Shown piece after piece: positions 30,738-42,840 of a stretch of DNA of 64,000 nt (its first letter is position 1; each line of letters starts with the position of its first letter). The position numbers and the translations under genes were made by a program. The stretch is from the human T2T-CHM13v2.0 reference genome, Homo sapiens: assembly GCF_009914755.1 (NCBI RefSeq), contig NC_060947.1. The stretch is one strand, 5' to 3'. A model generated the notes under the pieces. The model was not told where the DNA came from. It was given only the letters and a program-made list of their open reading frames with translations, and ran no database searches.

Positions 30738-31910
30738 TCTAGTTTCTTTCTTTTGTATATGGATATTCAGTTTTCCCAACAACATTTATTGAAGAAATTG
30801 TCCTTACCCCAATGTATGTTCTTGGCACCTTTGTCATAAATGAGTTCCCTGTAGACGTATGGGTGTATCTCTGGATTCTTTATTCTGTTCCACTGGTCTT
30901 TGTGTCTAATTTTATGTCAGTAGTATGCCGTTTTGTTTGCTCTAGCTCTGTAGTATAATTTAAAGTCAGGTAATGTGATTCCTCTTATTTTGTTCCTTTT
31001 GCTTAGGGTGGCTTTGTTTCTTTGGGTCTTTCGTGGGTTCCATATAAATTTTAACATTTTTTTTTCTATTTCTGCAAATAATGTCATTGGTATTTAGGTA
31101 GGGATTTTATCAAATCTCTAGACAGCTTTGGGTAGTAGGGGTATTTTGACAATATTGATAGTTCCAATCTATGAACATGAAATGTCTTTGCAATTCTTTG
31201 TGTATTCTTCAATTTCATGCATCAGTATTTAATAGTTTTAATTGTGGAGATCTTTGACTTCTTTGGTTAAATTGAAGGTGTTTAAATTTATTTGACCATA
31301 ACTAAGATTACTTTAGATTACTTTATTTCTTGTTTTAGATTGTTCATTGTTGGCATATAGAAATGCTACCATTTTTTGTATGTTGATTTTGTATCCTGAA
31401 ACTTTACTGAATTTGTTTATCAGTTCGAATGGTTTTTTAATGGAGTATTTTGTTTTTCCAAATATAAAATCATATCATCAGCAAACAAGGATAATTTGTC
31501 TTCTTCCTTTCCAATATGAGCACATATTCTTTCTTTCTCTTGCACTATGTAGGACTTCCAGTACTATTTTGAAGAACAGTGGTGAATTATGGGCATCCTT
31601 GTCATGTTCTAGATATTCAAGGAAAGACTTTTAGTTTTTCTCCATTTAGTATAATACTAGCTCTGGGTCTGTCATAAAATTCCTTTTTAGTATCAATTGT
31701 AATGATCATAGGGTTTTTGTCATTCATTCTGTTGATATGATCCATCACAATGATTGGTTTGAGTATACTGAAACATCCTTTTATTTATGGGATAAATCCC
31801 ACCCGGTCATGAAGAGTGATCTTTTAATGTATTGTTGAGTTCAACCTGCTAGTATTTGGTGGAGCATTTTTGCATCAATATTCTTCAGTGGTATTGGAGT
31901 ACAGTTTTTT

Positions 31911-32553
31911 TGCATGGGCACTGTAACTCCTTTGTTTTGGCCAATTTATCCCATTTGGAACAGCTGTATTTACCCAATACCTGTACCCCCACTGTATCTA
32001 AGAAGTAACTAGCTTGCTTTCGAATTTACAGGCTCATAGTTGGAAGGAAGTTGCCTTGTCTCAGATGAGACTTTGGACTGTGGACTTCTGGGTTAATGCT
32101 GAAATGAGTTAAGATTTTGGGAGACTATTGGGAAGGCATGAATGGTTTTGAAATGTGCGGACATGAGATTTGGAGGGGCCAGGGGTGGAATGGTATGGTT
32201 TGGCTGTGTCCCCACCTAAATCTCAACTTGAATTGTATCTCCTAGAATTCCCACGTGTTGTGGGAGGGACCCAGGGGGAGATAATTGAATAATGGGGCTG
32301 ATCTTTCCTGTGCTAATCTCGTGATAGTGACTAAGTCGCACGAGATCTGATGGGTTTATCCAGGGGTTTCCACTTTTGTTTCTTCCTCATTCTCTTTTGC
32401 TGCTGCCATGTAAGAAGTGGTGCCCGCGTCAGCCCTTCACCATGATTATGAAACCTCCCCAGCCATGTGGAACTGTAAGCCAAATTAAACCTTCTTTTTT
32501 TTCCCCCAGTCTCAGGTACGTCTTTATCAGCAGGGTAAAAATGGACTAATACA
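31911..32553 (+). mobile_element. THE1A: 3' end of internal region (31911-32190) plus 3' LTR (32191-32553)
   Basis: Polypurine tract GGAGGGGCCAGGGGTGGAA, then TGGTATGGTTTGGCTGTGTCCCCACCTAAATCTCAACTTGAATTGTATCTCC (THE1A-type) to GGACTAATACA. Confidence 0.9.
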
Positions 32554-32968
32554 GAGTATATCTCCCTCTCTAATAATATTCACTTTAGGTATCTGTGTGC
32601 TCAAGTGTTGTGTGCATACATATTTATAATTGTTATATAATTGTGCTTTATTGACCCCCTTTTCATTATATAGTGTCCTTCTATGTCTCTTCTTACAGTT
32701 TTTCTCTTGAAATCTATTTTGTCTGATACAAGTATAGCTATTCCTGCTCATTTGTGGTTTCCAATGGCATGAAATACCTTTCTTCATCCCTTTATTTTCA
32801 GTCTATGTGTGTTTTTACAGATTAACTGTGTTTATTGAAGGCAATAGATCATTGGATCTTGATTTTTTATATACATTCAGCCACATTATGAATTTTTACT
32901 GAGAGTCTAGTCCATTTACAATCAACATTATTATTGATAAGTAAGGTCTTTTTCCTCCCATTTTGTCA

Positions 32969-32970
<2 letters not shown>

Positions 32971-33010
<40 letters not shown>
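32971..33010. repeat. (TG)20 microsatellite
   Basis: Directly visible perfect repeat. Confidence 0.97.
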
Positions 33011-33011
<1 letters not shown>

Positions 33012-36000
33012 TCTTCTCTTCATTCTTTTCAACCAGTCTTCCTTTTAGTGAAGGTGATTTTCTCTGTTGTTATGATTGAATTTCCTGCTTTTTACTTCTT
33101 GTGTATTCACTGTGTTTTTTGATTTGAGGTTACTATGAGGCTTTCAAATAGTATCTTACAACCGATTATTTTAAGCTAATAACAACTTAACACTTTTTTT
33201 ATAAACAAACAGGTAAGCAAAAAGAAAACTAATAAAAACTCATCCCCTGATTTTTAACTGTTTGTTGTTTCTATTTATGTTTTTGTACTCTGTATATTTT
33301 CAAATTTTGTTGTAGTTATTGTTTTTTATTTGTTCATCATTTAGTCCTTCTACTTACGTTAAGAGTAGTTTACCCACCACAGTTACAGTGTTATAAATTC
33401 CATGTGTTTCTGTGTACTTACTATTACCATTGAGTTTTGTATCTCCAGTTGATATCTTATTGCTCATTAACATCCTTTCCTTTCTGATTGAAGTACTCCC
33501 TTTAGCATTTTATGTAGGACAGGTCTGGTGTTGATGAAACCCCTCATCGTTTGTCTGGGAATGTATTTATTTCTCCTTCATGTTTGAAGGATATTTTTGC
33601 TGGATATACTATTCTGAGGTAAAAGGTGTTTTTTTTTTTTTTTTCTCCAGCACTTTAAATATGTCATGTCAGTCTCTCCTAGACTGTAAGATTTTCACTG
33701 AAAAGTCTGCTGTCAGAACTATTGGTTCGCCGCTGTATGTTATTTGTTTCTTTTCTCTTGCTTTTAGGATCCTTTCTTTATTCTTGACCTTCGGGAGTTT
33801 GATTATTAAATGCCTTGAGGTAACCTTCTTTGGGATAAATCTGCTTTATGTTCTCTACACTTCCTGTTCTTGCATATTGATATCTTTCTCTGGGTTTGGG
33901 AATATCTCCGTTACAATTCCTTTAAATAAACTTTCTATCCTTATCTCTTTTTTCTACCTCTTCTTTAAGGCCAATAACTCTTAGATTTTCCCTTTTGAGG
34001 CTGTTTTCTAGATCTCAGAGGCCTGGTTCATTTTTAAATTCCTTTTTCTTATTTCTCCTCTGTGTATTTTCATATAGCCTGTCTTAATCAGAATAATGCT
34101 TGCTTCTGCTTGATCATTTCTGATATTAAAAGACTGATGCATTCTTCCGTATGTCAATTGCATTTTTTACTCTAGAATTTCTGCCTGATTTTTAAAATAA
34201 TTTCAATGCATTTGTTAAGTTTATCTGATAGAATTCCGAATTCCTTCTCTGTGTTATCTTGAATTCTTCTGATTTTCCTTAAAACATCTATTTTAAGTTC
34301 TCTGTCTGGAAAGACACATATCTCTGTTTCTCTGAGATTGATCCCTGGTGTCTTATTTAGTTCATTTGATGACATCATCATGTTTTCCTGGATGGTCTTG
34401 ATGCTTGTAGATGTTTGTCTGTGCCTGGGCACTGAAAAGTTAGATATTTATTGTTGTCTTCACAGTCTTGGTTTGTTTGTATCTCTAGCTGTGGGGAAGG
34501 CTTTCCAGGTATTCAAATAGGCTTGAGTGTTGTGATCTAAGCTGTATATTCATTAGGTGGGACCCCAAGCCCTGTGTCACTGTGTTTCTTGTAGACTTGT
34601 GGAGGTACTGCCTTGGTAGTCTTGGATAAGAACTGGTAGAATTCTCTGGATTACCAGACAGGGTCTATTGTTCACTTCTTTTACTTCTTCCAAACAACTG
34701 GAGTCTCTCTCTCTTTTCTGAACCACCTGGATCTGGGGGTGGAGTGACACTAGAACCTCTGTGGCCACCACAAGTAGGGCTGCACTCAGTCAGACCTGAA
34801 GCCAGCACAGCACTGGGTATCACTCAAGGCCTGCAGTAACCACTACCTGACTACTTCCTGTGTTCACTCAAGGCCCTGGGGCTCTGCAATCAGCAAGTGA
34901 TGATCCCAGCCAGGTTTGTGTCCTTTCCTTCAGGGTGATGAGTTCCTCCAGTCCTTGGGAAGATTCTGAGGTGCTGTCCAGGAGATACTACCTGGAATAA
35001 AAAAAACCTTAGAAGTCTATGTGGTGTTCTATTGTGCTGCAGCTGTACTGCACTCGAAGCATAAGACAAAGTTCTTCCCACTCTTTCCTCCTCTTTCTAC
35101 AGGCAGAGGAGCCTAACTTCAGGGCTACCACCACTATCAGCTTATGTACAGTACTGCCAGGGTACTGCTGATGTTCCCTTAAAGGCTAAGGGCCATTCAT
35201 TCCACTTTTAATGAATGCTGCCAGACCTAAGACTCACCCTCCAGGGCAGTGGGCTCCACTCTGGTGCATGCTACATCCAGAAATGCTGTCCAAGTGCTAA
35301 GTCCTAGAATCGGAGACCCCAAGAGGATACTTGGTGCTCTACTTCCCTGTGGCCAAGCTGGTACGTAAGCTGCAAGGCAAAGACCTCTGCCCCCGCCGCC
35401 CCGCCCTCTTTTCTCTCTGATTTTCTTAAGCAGAAGGAGTCACTCCCCATAGCCACCACAGCTGGGAATGTACTGAGTCTCATCTGATGCCAACAAATTT
35501 AGAATCTTACCCAAGGCTCACGGCATACTACCTGGGTATCTCTGCTGGCTATTCAGGGAGCAAGGGTTCTTTAGTCAGCAAGTGACTGGTTCTGCCAGCA
35601 CTGGGTCCTTCCTTTCAAGGAAACAGGTTGACTTCTGGCCAGAGTGTACCTAGAAATGTCATCTGGGAGCTAGGGCCTGGAATGGAAGCCTCACAACTCT
35701 GCCCAGTGCCCTATATCTTGCTGTGGCTGAGCTGGTATCCAAGATGCAGAACAAAGTCCTCTTTACTCTTCCCTCTCCTCTCCTCAAATAGAAGAAAGGG
35801 TTCTCCTTTGAGCCACAAGCTGTGCAGCCTGGGGTTGGGGTAGAAGTGGCACAAGCACTCTCTTAGTTGCCTTGGGTGGTGTCTCAGTAGGTCACATGGC
35901 TCCCAAGTCCACTGGTTCTGAGCCCAGTTCAGCACAAGGACTCATCTAGAAGTTGCTGTCCTTGTGGCCTAGACTGCCTTTCAAGTTTATTTAAGGTCTT

Positions 36001-37281
36001 TGCATTTTAGCCCACAGTGGTAAAGCTTGCCAGGACTCAATTTCTGACCATTGGGATTGGCAATTCTCCTCTGGCTAGGGCTGGTTTAAATACTCCTTCA
36101 ATGTGCAAGTGTCAGCTGAGGTCAGCCTGATTATTTTTGCTTTCTGTTGTGACAGGGCAGCACTCGGTTCAATCCAATGTCTCACAATTGCTAAACTATC
36201 CCTCTACCAATCATATGGACTCTGTCTCTGCACCATGAAGCCACTGCCCACATAAAGGGGATGAGTGACATTGCTGATTCAAAACTGTCTTTCCTACTCT
36301 CTCCAGTGCTTCTTTCAGTAATCTGAAGTTAAAACCAAGTACTGTGAGTGCTCACCTGATTTTTTTGTTCTTATAAAGGTGCTTTTTTTGCAGATAGTTG
36401 ATAAATTGGTGTCCTTGTTGGCAGGGAAGATGATCTGTGGAGCCTTCTATTCAGCTATCTTGCTCTGCCCCTCATCCTCAAAATATTTATTTTAATACTA
36501 TTAACAACACTACATGAGTACACACTGTGTTCAACTCAATATTAGCCAAGATAAAGGGGCAGAGAGAACTTAAAATATGCATAGAAGCTTTATCTTCGTC
36601 ATGGATTACCTTGGTATATATGCTTATGTTAGATATCTTATGCCCAACAAGAGTATATGTCCATATATACAGATAATCTATGAGTATGAATTGGAGAAAA
36701 TTTGAGATTTCAACAGAAAATTGGCGTTAGATGACTCAAAGTTTCCTAGCTTAGAGTAAAAGGAAAGGGATAAAGAATGAATGATCCAAGAGGAGCAGGA
36801 TTTTAACATGAAATAAATAGAAAGAGGCAAGACCAAAATAAAATAAAACGAACTCATTGAGATAGGCCTAGAAATAGTGAGAGAAAAGACTAGCCCTGTG
36901 TTTGCTGAAATTTAGGCATAGTTAGCAATTATGGGGCATTTGCTACACACAGGACTACTGACATTAGGTAAGCTTAAAATGTAGTCTTAATTTCAGAATA
37001 ACAAAAAATACATAATATTTTAACTTAATTTATTGTTCACAAAGTTTCACAAATATGTCTATAGCCAGTTCAATGATAATTAATTTGGCCAATAAATCAG
37101 ATTTTGTATTGATTCAATGTCTCTTATTAGACAATTTCTATAAAGCTTGAAAGTTTTAGCTTTCTTGCTGCCCTTACTTACAAAATATAATTGTGTCATG
37201 AATATGAAATATTAGTAGATATTTGTATGAAACTTAGACCCCAAGTTATTTAAAAATATATTTTTCACTTAGGAATGCTTT

Positions 37282-37444
37282 CATGGTGTATAGGTACCAC
37301 ATTTACTTTATCCAATCCACATTGATGGGCACCTAGATTGCTTCCATATCTTTGCTATTGTGAATAGCCCCAAGATGAACATATTGTTACAATCTTGCAC
37401 ATCTACCCCCATATTTAAAGAAAAGCTGAAATTAAAAAAAAAAA
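37282..37444 (+). mobile_element. Short old L1 (L1PA15/16-like) with 5' inversion
   Basis: 37282-37384 is antisense ORF2 3' region (CATGGTGTATAGGTACCAC..TTTGCTATTGTGAATAG); 37385-37444 is a sense L1 terminus ACAATCTTGCACATCTACCCCC..AAAAGCTGAAATT followed by poly(A). Confidence 0.7.
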
Positions 37445-38058
37445 TCAATGTGATTTTTACTCTTGGAAATTTCTGAAATCTCACAGTGTGCTAGTGTAAT
37501 AAGAATCATATGGTGTATCATATTTATATTATATTTTAATATAGAAAAATATATATGAAATTATTAAAAAGAATGCTTTTGGCACGTTGTCGGTGGCTAA
37601 GTTGATGAACATATTATATGCAAAAGTTAGATGGTTACATGTTTACACTACCTGATAGAAATGGATTTTTAATCTACTCTCTGGTTTCTTTTAGTCCCAG
37701 GAAATGTTTCTTAATAGTATTTTGCAACATTTAGATATGACGTTTAAATATATCCAAAGAAATGTCATTGATTTCTTTCTCTGATAAGTAAAGAATATTA
37801 CCAAGAGTTCCAAAAGAATAAAACTCTTGGGAATCAAGCTGTTTGTACCACAATACAGTCTTCTTAAGCAACACTGCTGTCTTATCTTCCTTATAAAAAA
37901 TAACCAAGATATCTCATCTCTGAAGTGATAGGTCATATATAAGAAATTCCTGATAATGAGTCACTTCTTAAGTATGTCATTTGAGCAAGTTGTTTAAAAT
38001 AATAGAAATGCATCTCCTCCTCATCACTTTAGTCTGTTTTCTTAAAATCATCACACTT

Positions 38059-38347
<289 letters not shown>

Positions 38348-40629
38348 AAAATCATCACACTTACAAAGTCACATATCCCAGGACATACATGGTCTCATTC
38401 CATATAAGTATAGAATCATGTTTTGCATTCATCACTTTATTTCGAGCTGTAGTATCTATACCACTATCTTTACCACTACTTTTATGCTTTCATGTACAAG
38501 TTTTTCACCACTGACCCATCTTTTTATTTAGGGACTTAGAAAATTATTAGAATTCAAATGGAAAATATAATAAAGTTAAATACTAATAAATTATTTGAAT
38601 ATATACTAGTCTATATAAACTGAATCATATTAAATAAATGTTAGCCAAAAATATTAATTTGTATGTATTTCTAACATGTACCTAAGCTTTAGAAATGCAA
38701 GAACTACTGAGACTATAGTAGTATTTATTGGGAAAATAGCTTATATTTTATATTTGTAAAATAAATATTTATCAAACTATTTTCTCATTTATATAAATTT
38801 GCTATACTTAAATATCTTATGCTATGCTAGTAAAAAATACAATGGAGGAAATAAATCACGATAGTAACTGCCCTCAGGAGCATGCAGTCCTATGAATAAG
38901 AGATATAGTTCCATATGAAACAAATGACATTCATTAATTGGGTCTTTAATGATCCCCCTTTGTCATCTTTGCAACATGTTGAACTTGAACTGGATGACTT
39001 GTTCTAAGAAAAATATAACCAGACATATAAGCATCAGCAATGGAAGAAATGATTCCTCTTTACCCTTTCTATACCTTTCAGTAAGGAAACCAAAGCATTG
39101 TGGCATAGTAGAAAGAACACTAAACTAGAAATATTTTTTTACATTTTGGCCTGACTTTACAAGTTACAGGCTGTGCAACAAGCCCCTTCACCTGTTTGGG
39201 GATAATTGTTTTTTTATATGTTGTGTGGTAGCTGAGTTCTGCCACATACGCTATCTATAGCTTATGCTGTCTATAGTTCTGTGGTCCCTGGATCCCTTGT
39301 CTATTCTCTGTGGAAGTTCTTTGTGAAAATATTCATCTCTAGTAGCTGTTCTGCAGTGAAAATTATTGAAAAAAAAATGATTCTACTCTTTCTCTTAGTG
39401 TGTAAACAGATATTGGTTTTCATCCTTTGAACTAGGGGGTGCGAAATTTTAAACCCTGTTTCCATTAGTTTCAGGAGATAGTTTGTCCTTTATTTTAGGA
39501 AGCAACCTCATTACTTCACTGCCAGCTGTGGAGGCTTTCTTGTTCTCCAGCCTTACATTTTGTTTGACATGTGTCAGCTAGGATTTCTAAGACACATGAT
39601 AGATAATAACTGTTCCTTCCTTTGCAATTGAAATGCCTCCCCAGTTATTCATCAGATAATTTACCTAGTTTGTAATGGGTCTCTATTGAGGCTAGCAACA
39701 ATGTCAATTAATTAAAATGAAACAATCAGCCAATAACAGATAAATGGATGTCAACTCATAAACGTGTGTAATGGGTCAGACTCCAAATCATCACCTTGCA
39801 CTGGGGTATATGCCCTTGGCTCAATATTTGCTTACTATGAAATTCCCCAGATCTCATTTTCAGTAATGTAACTTAAGAAGGATCTCCCTGCGGTAAGAAA
39901 TGAAGAAAAAAAATGCTCAGGTGTATGCCACTGGTCAGTTCATCAACATGCAGAAATGGTTGAGTTTTGTGTCACCTCACTACCACCTCCTCCCTTGTCA
40001 TACCCAGAAACAGCTGAGAAGAAAATGTGAAAAAACAGCAAGCTGTTTCTTTAAAAGGATAACAATGGGAGCAGGAGGCTAAGACATAATCTTTCTAACA
40101 TCTCTTATGCTTATGTGATTGACAAATAGAAGATTGTTAGAAAAAAACCGTGTATTCTATTTTTGTGTTTTTTTTTTCAGGGTAATATCTCTTTAGAGAT
40201 GTAAAATTTGTAGAAACCAAATTTCGAGCAAGGTGAAGTGACTTGCTCAATGCACACACTATAAAAGTGACAAAATTAAGGTTTATAACTCAAACTTTCT
40301 GAATTCTACTCCAGGGCTTTCCAGCAGACATCACTCAAGTATTGATAATGTTTTATTTCCTATGTGCTAAAAGCCCAGGATGTCTTACTTTGATTGTAAC
40401 ACTGAACTGCTATCATCTGCCTACAAGCCACCATAACTTGCCTAAAGCCCAGGTAGACAGAGCTGCTAAAGAATATATTTTAAGCATGTATAAGAACCTA
40501 CTCCCAAAATATATGGTTTTCCTATGAAGAGAAAAAATTATCTGATCCCCATCTTCAGTGAAGCAGGAAAATTATTTAAACAAACCTTAGCATCATGTAT
40601 AAAAATTCGACTTCACTATTACAAAGATC

Positions 40630-40830
40630 AAGATCAGAAGCCTAACTCTGCCACTTGCTGTCAAATTTTGAACAGATCACTTTATCTCTATGAACATCAA
40701 TTTCTTCATCTGTAAAACAGGAATGACTAACGTGCCCTTCAGAGAGTTATTATCAGGACTGAATAAATTAAATAATGGATGTTAAGCAGTTAGCAAGTAT
40801 ATGGCATATAATGTTTAAGACATGCTAACC
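40630..40830 (+). mobile_element. MIR
   Basis: CTCTGCCACTTGCTGT..TTTCTTCATCTGTAAAACAGGAATG..AGAGTTATTATCAGGACTGAATAAATTAA. Confidence 0.75.
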
Positions 40831-40878
40831 ACTATTTCTATCAACGCCCTTCACCCTTCATTCAAGTCTCTTCTAAAA

Positions 40879-41002
40879 TGTGTATGTGAACATATATATA
40901 CACACACAAACACACCTATATGTGCACAAATATATGTTTGTGTATATAAATACGTCTGTTTATATATATATGCATGTATCCATATATACACACACACATA
41001 TG
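40879..41002. repeat. Degenerate (TA/CA/TG)n low-complexity tract
   Basis: Alternating purine-pyrimidine runs visible. Confidence 0.75.
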
Positions 41003-41981
41003 TTTCTTTTGTATCTCCATTGTTGTAAGGTAGGCTTCATAAGAACAGGAATTGTGGCTATATTGTTCATTGTTGTATTTCTAGCATGTACATCAGTACA
41101 TGTATTTCTAGCATGTTATCCTGTGATGTATTCTCACAGGATAACCATACATCACATATTTATTTAATGAATGAGTGAGTCAAGTAGTCATTATATGTAG
41201 AGAGCCTTTGTGCTAGAAGAAGTGGTAACATAAAAAAGCTAATTATATTGAAATTCACTCTGGACTGTGGATATTTCATAATATTGCTACTCTCTTCCAA
41301 TATTTGACATCCCCTATTCTATAAAAACCATCTTCAGTAATAGAAGGCAATTTATCCTTCTCTGCAATGCTTTCAAATATTTCACTCTCTTCTTGATTAA
41401 TACATTCTCCTGATGAAATTTCTTTTTTTGCCATATGTTAAAATGTTTTTAAATTAAACTGAGCAATGTTATCCAGCTTGAGTATGATGAGTAGTTGTTA
41501 TTCACCTTTTTCTGTATTTAAAGGATTGTAAACAAAAGATTAATAGGGACAATATGCGATACTCATGTCAAATTTCTGGGTTTTTTTCTTTTTTCTTTTT
41601 TTTTTTTTACTGTCAGTCTAGGTAAAGGATGTTTGCCTGATGCCTAGCTGCCTTCTTTCATCACCCTGCCCGTCTCCACCACACATAAGCACACACACAT
41701 ATAAACACATGATACATCCTACTTCCACGGTATTTCCTGCTATGTTAGGTTCCCATGCCTCTGGAAAGACAATGAACAAGAGATGTAAAAAGGGCACATA
41801 CCCTAAGTGTAATTTTCACATCATACAGTTAAGCAAATACTAACACACTCTGCAAGGGAAGCCTGTTATTGAAATCTCTTTTCTACAGTTAGACATATTG
41901 GAGTTATTTCCTTGATCTTCTGATTTCTTTATGGTTGTCCTTATTTTATTTGAATAGCTCTGTTTCACAATGGTCACACAT

Positions 41982-42840
41982 AAAGTGGGCGAAGGACATG
42001 AACAGACACTTCTCAAAAGAAGACATTTATGCAGCCAAAAAACACATGAAAAAATGCTCACCATCACTGGCCATCAGAGAAATGCAGATCAAAACCACAA
42101 TGAGATACCATCTCACACCAGTTAGAATGGCGATCATTAAAAAGTCAGGAAACGACAGGTGCTGGAGAGGATGTGGAGAACTAGGAACACTTTTACACTG
42201 TTGGTGGGACTGTAAACTAGTTCAACCATTGTGGAAGTCAGTGCAGCGATTCCTCAGGGATCTAGAACTAGAAATACCATTTGACCCAGCCATCCCATTA
42301 CTGGGTATATACCCAAAGGACTATAAATCATGCTGCTATAAAGACACATGCACACGTATGTTTATTGCGGCACTATTCACCATAGCAAAGACTTGGAACC
42401 AACCCAAATGTCCAACAATGATAGACTGGATTAAGAAAATGTGGCACATATACACCATGGAATACTATGCAGCCATAAAAAATGATGAGTTCATGTCCTT
42501 TGTAGGGACATGGATGAAATTGGAAATCATCATTCTCAGTAAACTATCGCAAGGACAAAAAACCAAACACCTCATGTTCTCACTCATAGGCAGGAATTGA
42601 ATAATGAGAACACATGAACACAGGAAGGGGAACATCACACTCTGGGGACTGTTGTGGGGTGGGGTGAGAGGGGAGGGATAGCATTAGGAGGTACACCTAA
42701 TGCTAAACGACGAGTTAATGGGTGCAGCACACCAGCATGGCACATGTATACATATGTAACTAACCTGCACATTGTGCACATGTACCCTAAAACTTAAAGT
42801 CTAATAATAATACAAAAAATAAACATAAAAAAATAAAAAA
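41982..42840 (+). mobile_element. 5'-truncated L1PA2/3-like element with an open ORF2 C-terminal frame
   Basis: [37 protein letters not shown] (stop ends 42600); L1PA 3'UTR and A-rich tail. Confidence 0.95.

Larger units (their letters stand above)
28920..36476 (-). mobile_element. LINE-1 (L1MA2/3-like, L1M1 5'UTR) with both ends, an internal deletion, a nested young L1PA and a nested THE1A
   Basis: L1MA-type 3'UTR at 28930-29200; ORF1 N-terminus MPRHRQTSTSIKTIQEN (34172..34432 -); 5' end AGGGGCAGAGCAAGATAGCTGAATAGAAGGCTCC. TSD CTCAAAATATTATTT (28905-28919) vs CTCAAAATATTTATTT (36477-36492). Confidence 0.9.

Noticed and set aside
40165-40190. Strong-looking splice acceptor TTTTTTTTTCAG|G
   Set aside because: Followed by a MIR-like relic with no convincing donor or coding frame.
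41935-42600. Longest ORF (221 aa) as a novel gene
   Set aside because: It is the L1 ORF2p C-terminus of a truncated L1PA; the start is a TTG in flanking DNA, with no promoter or splice evidence.
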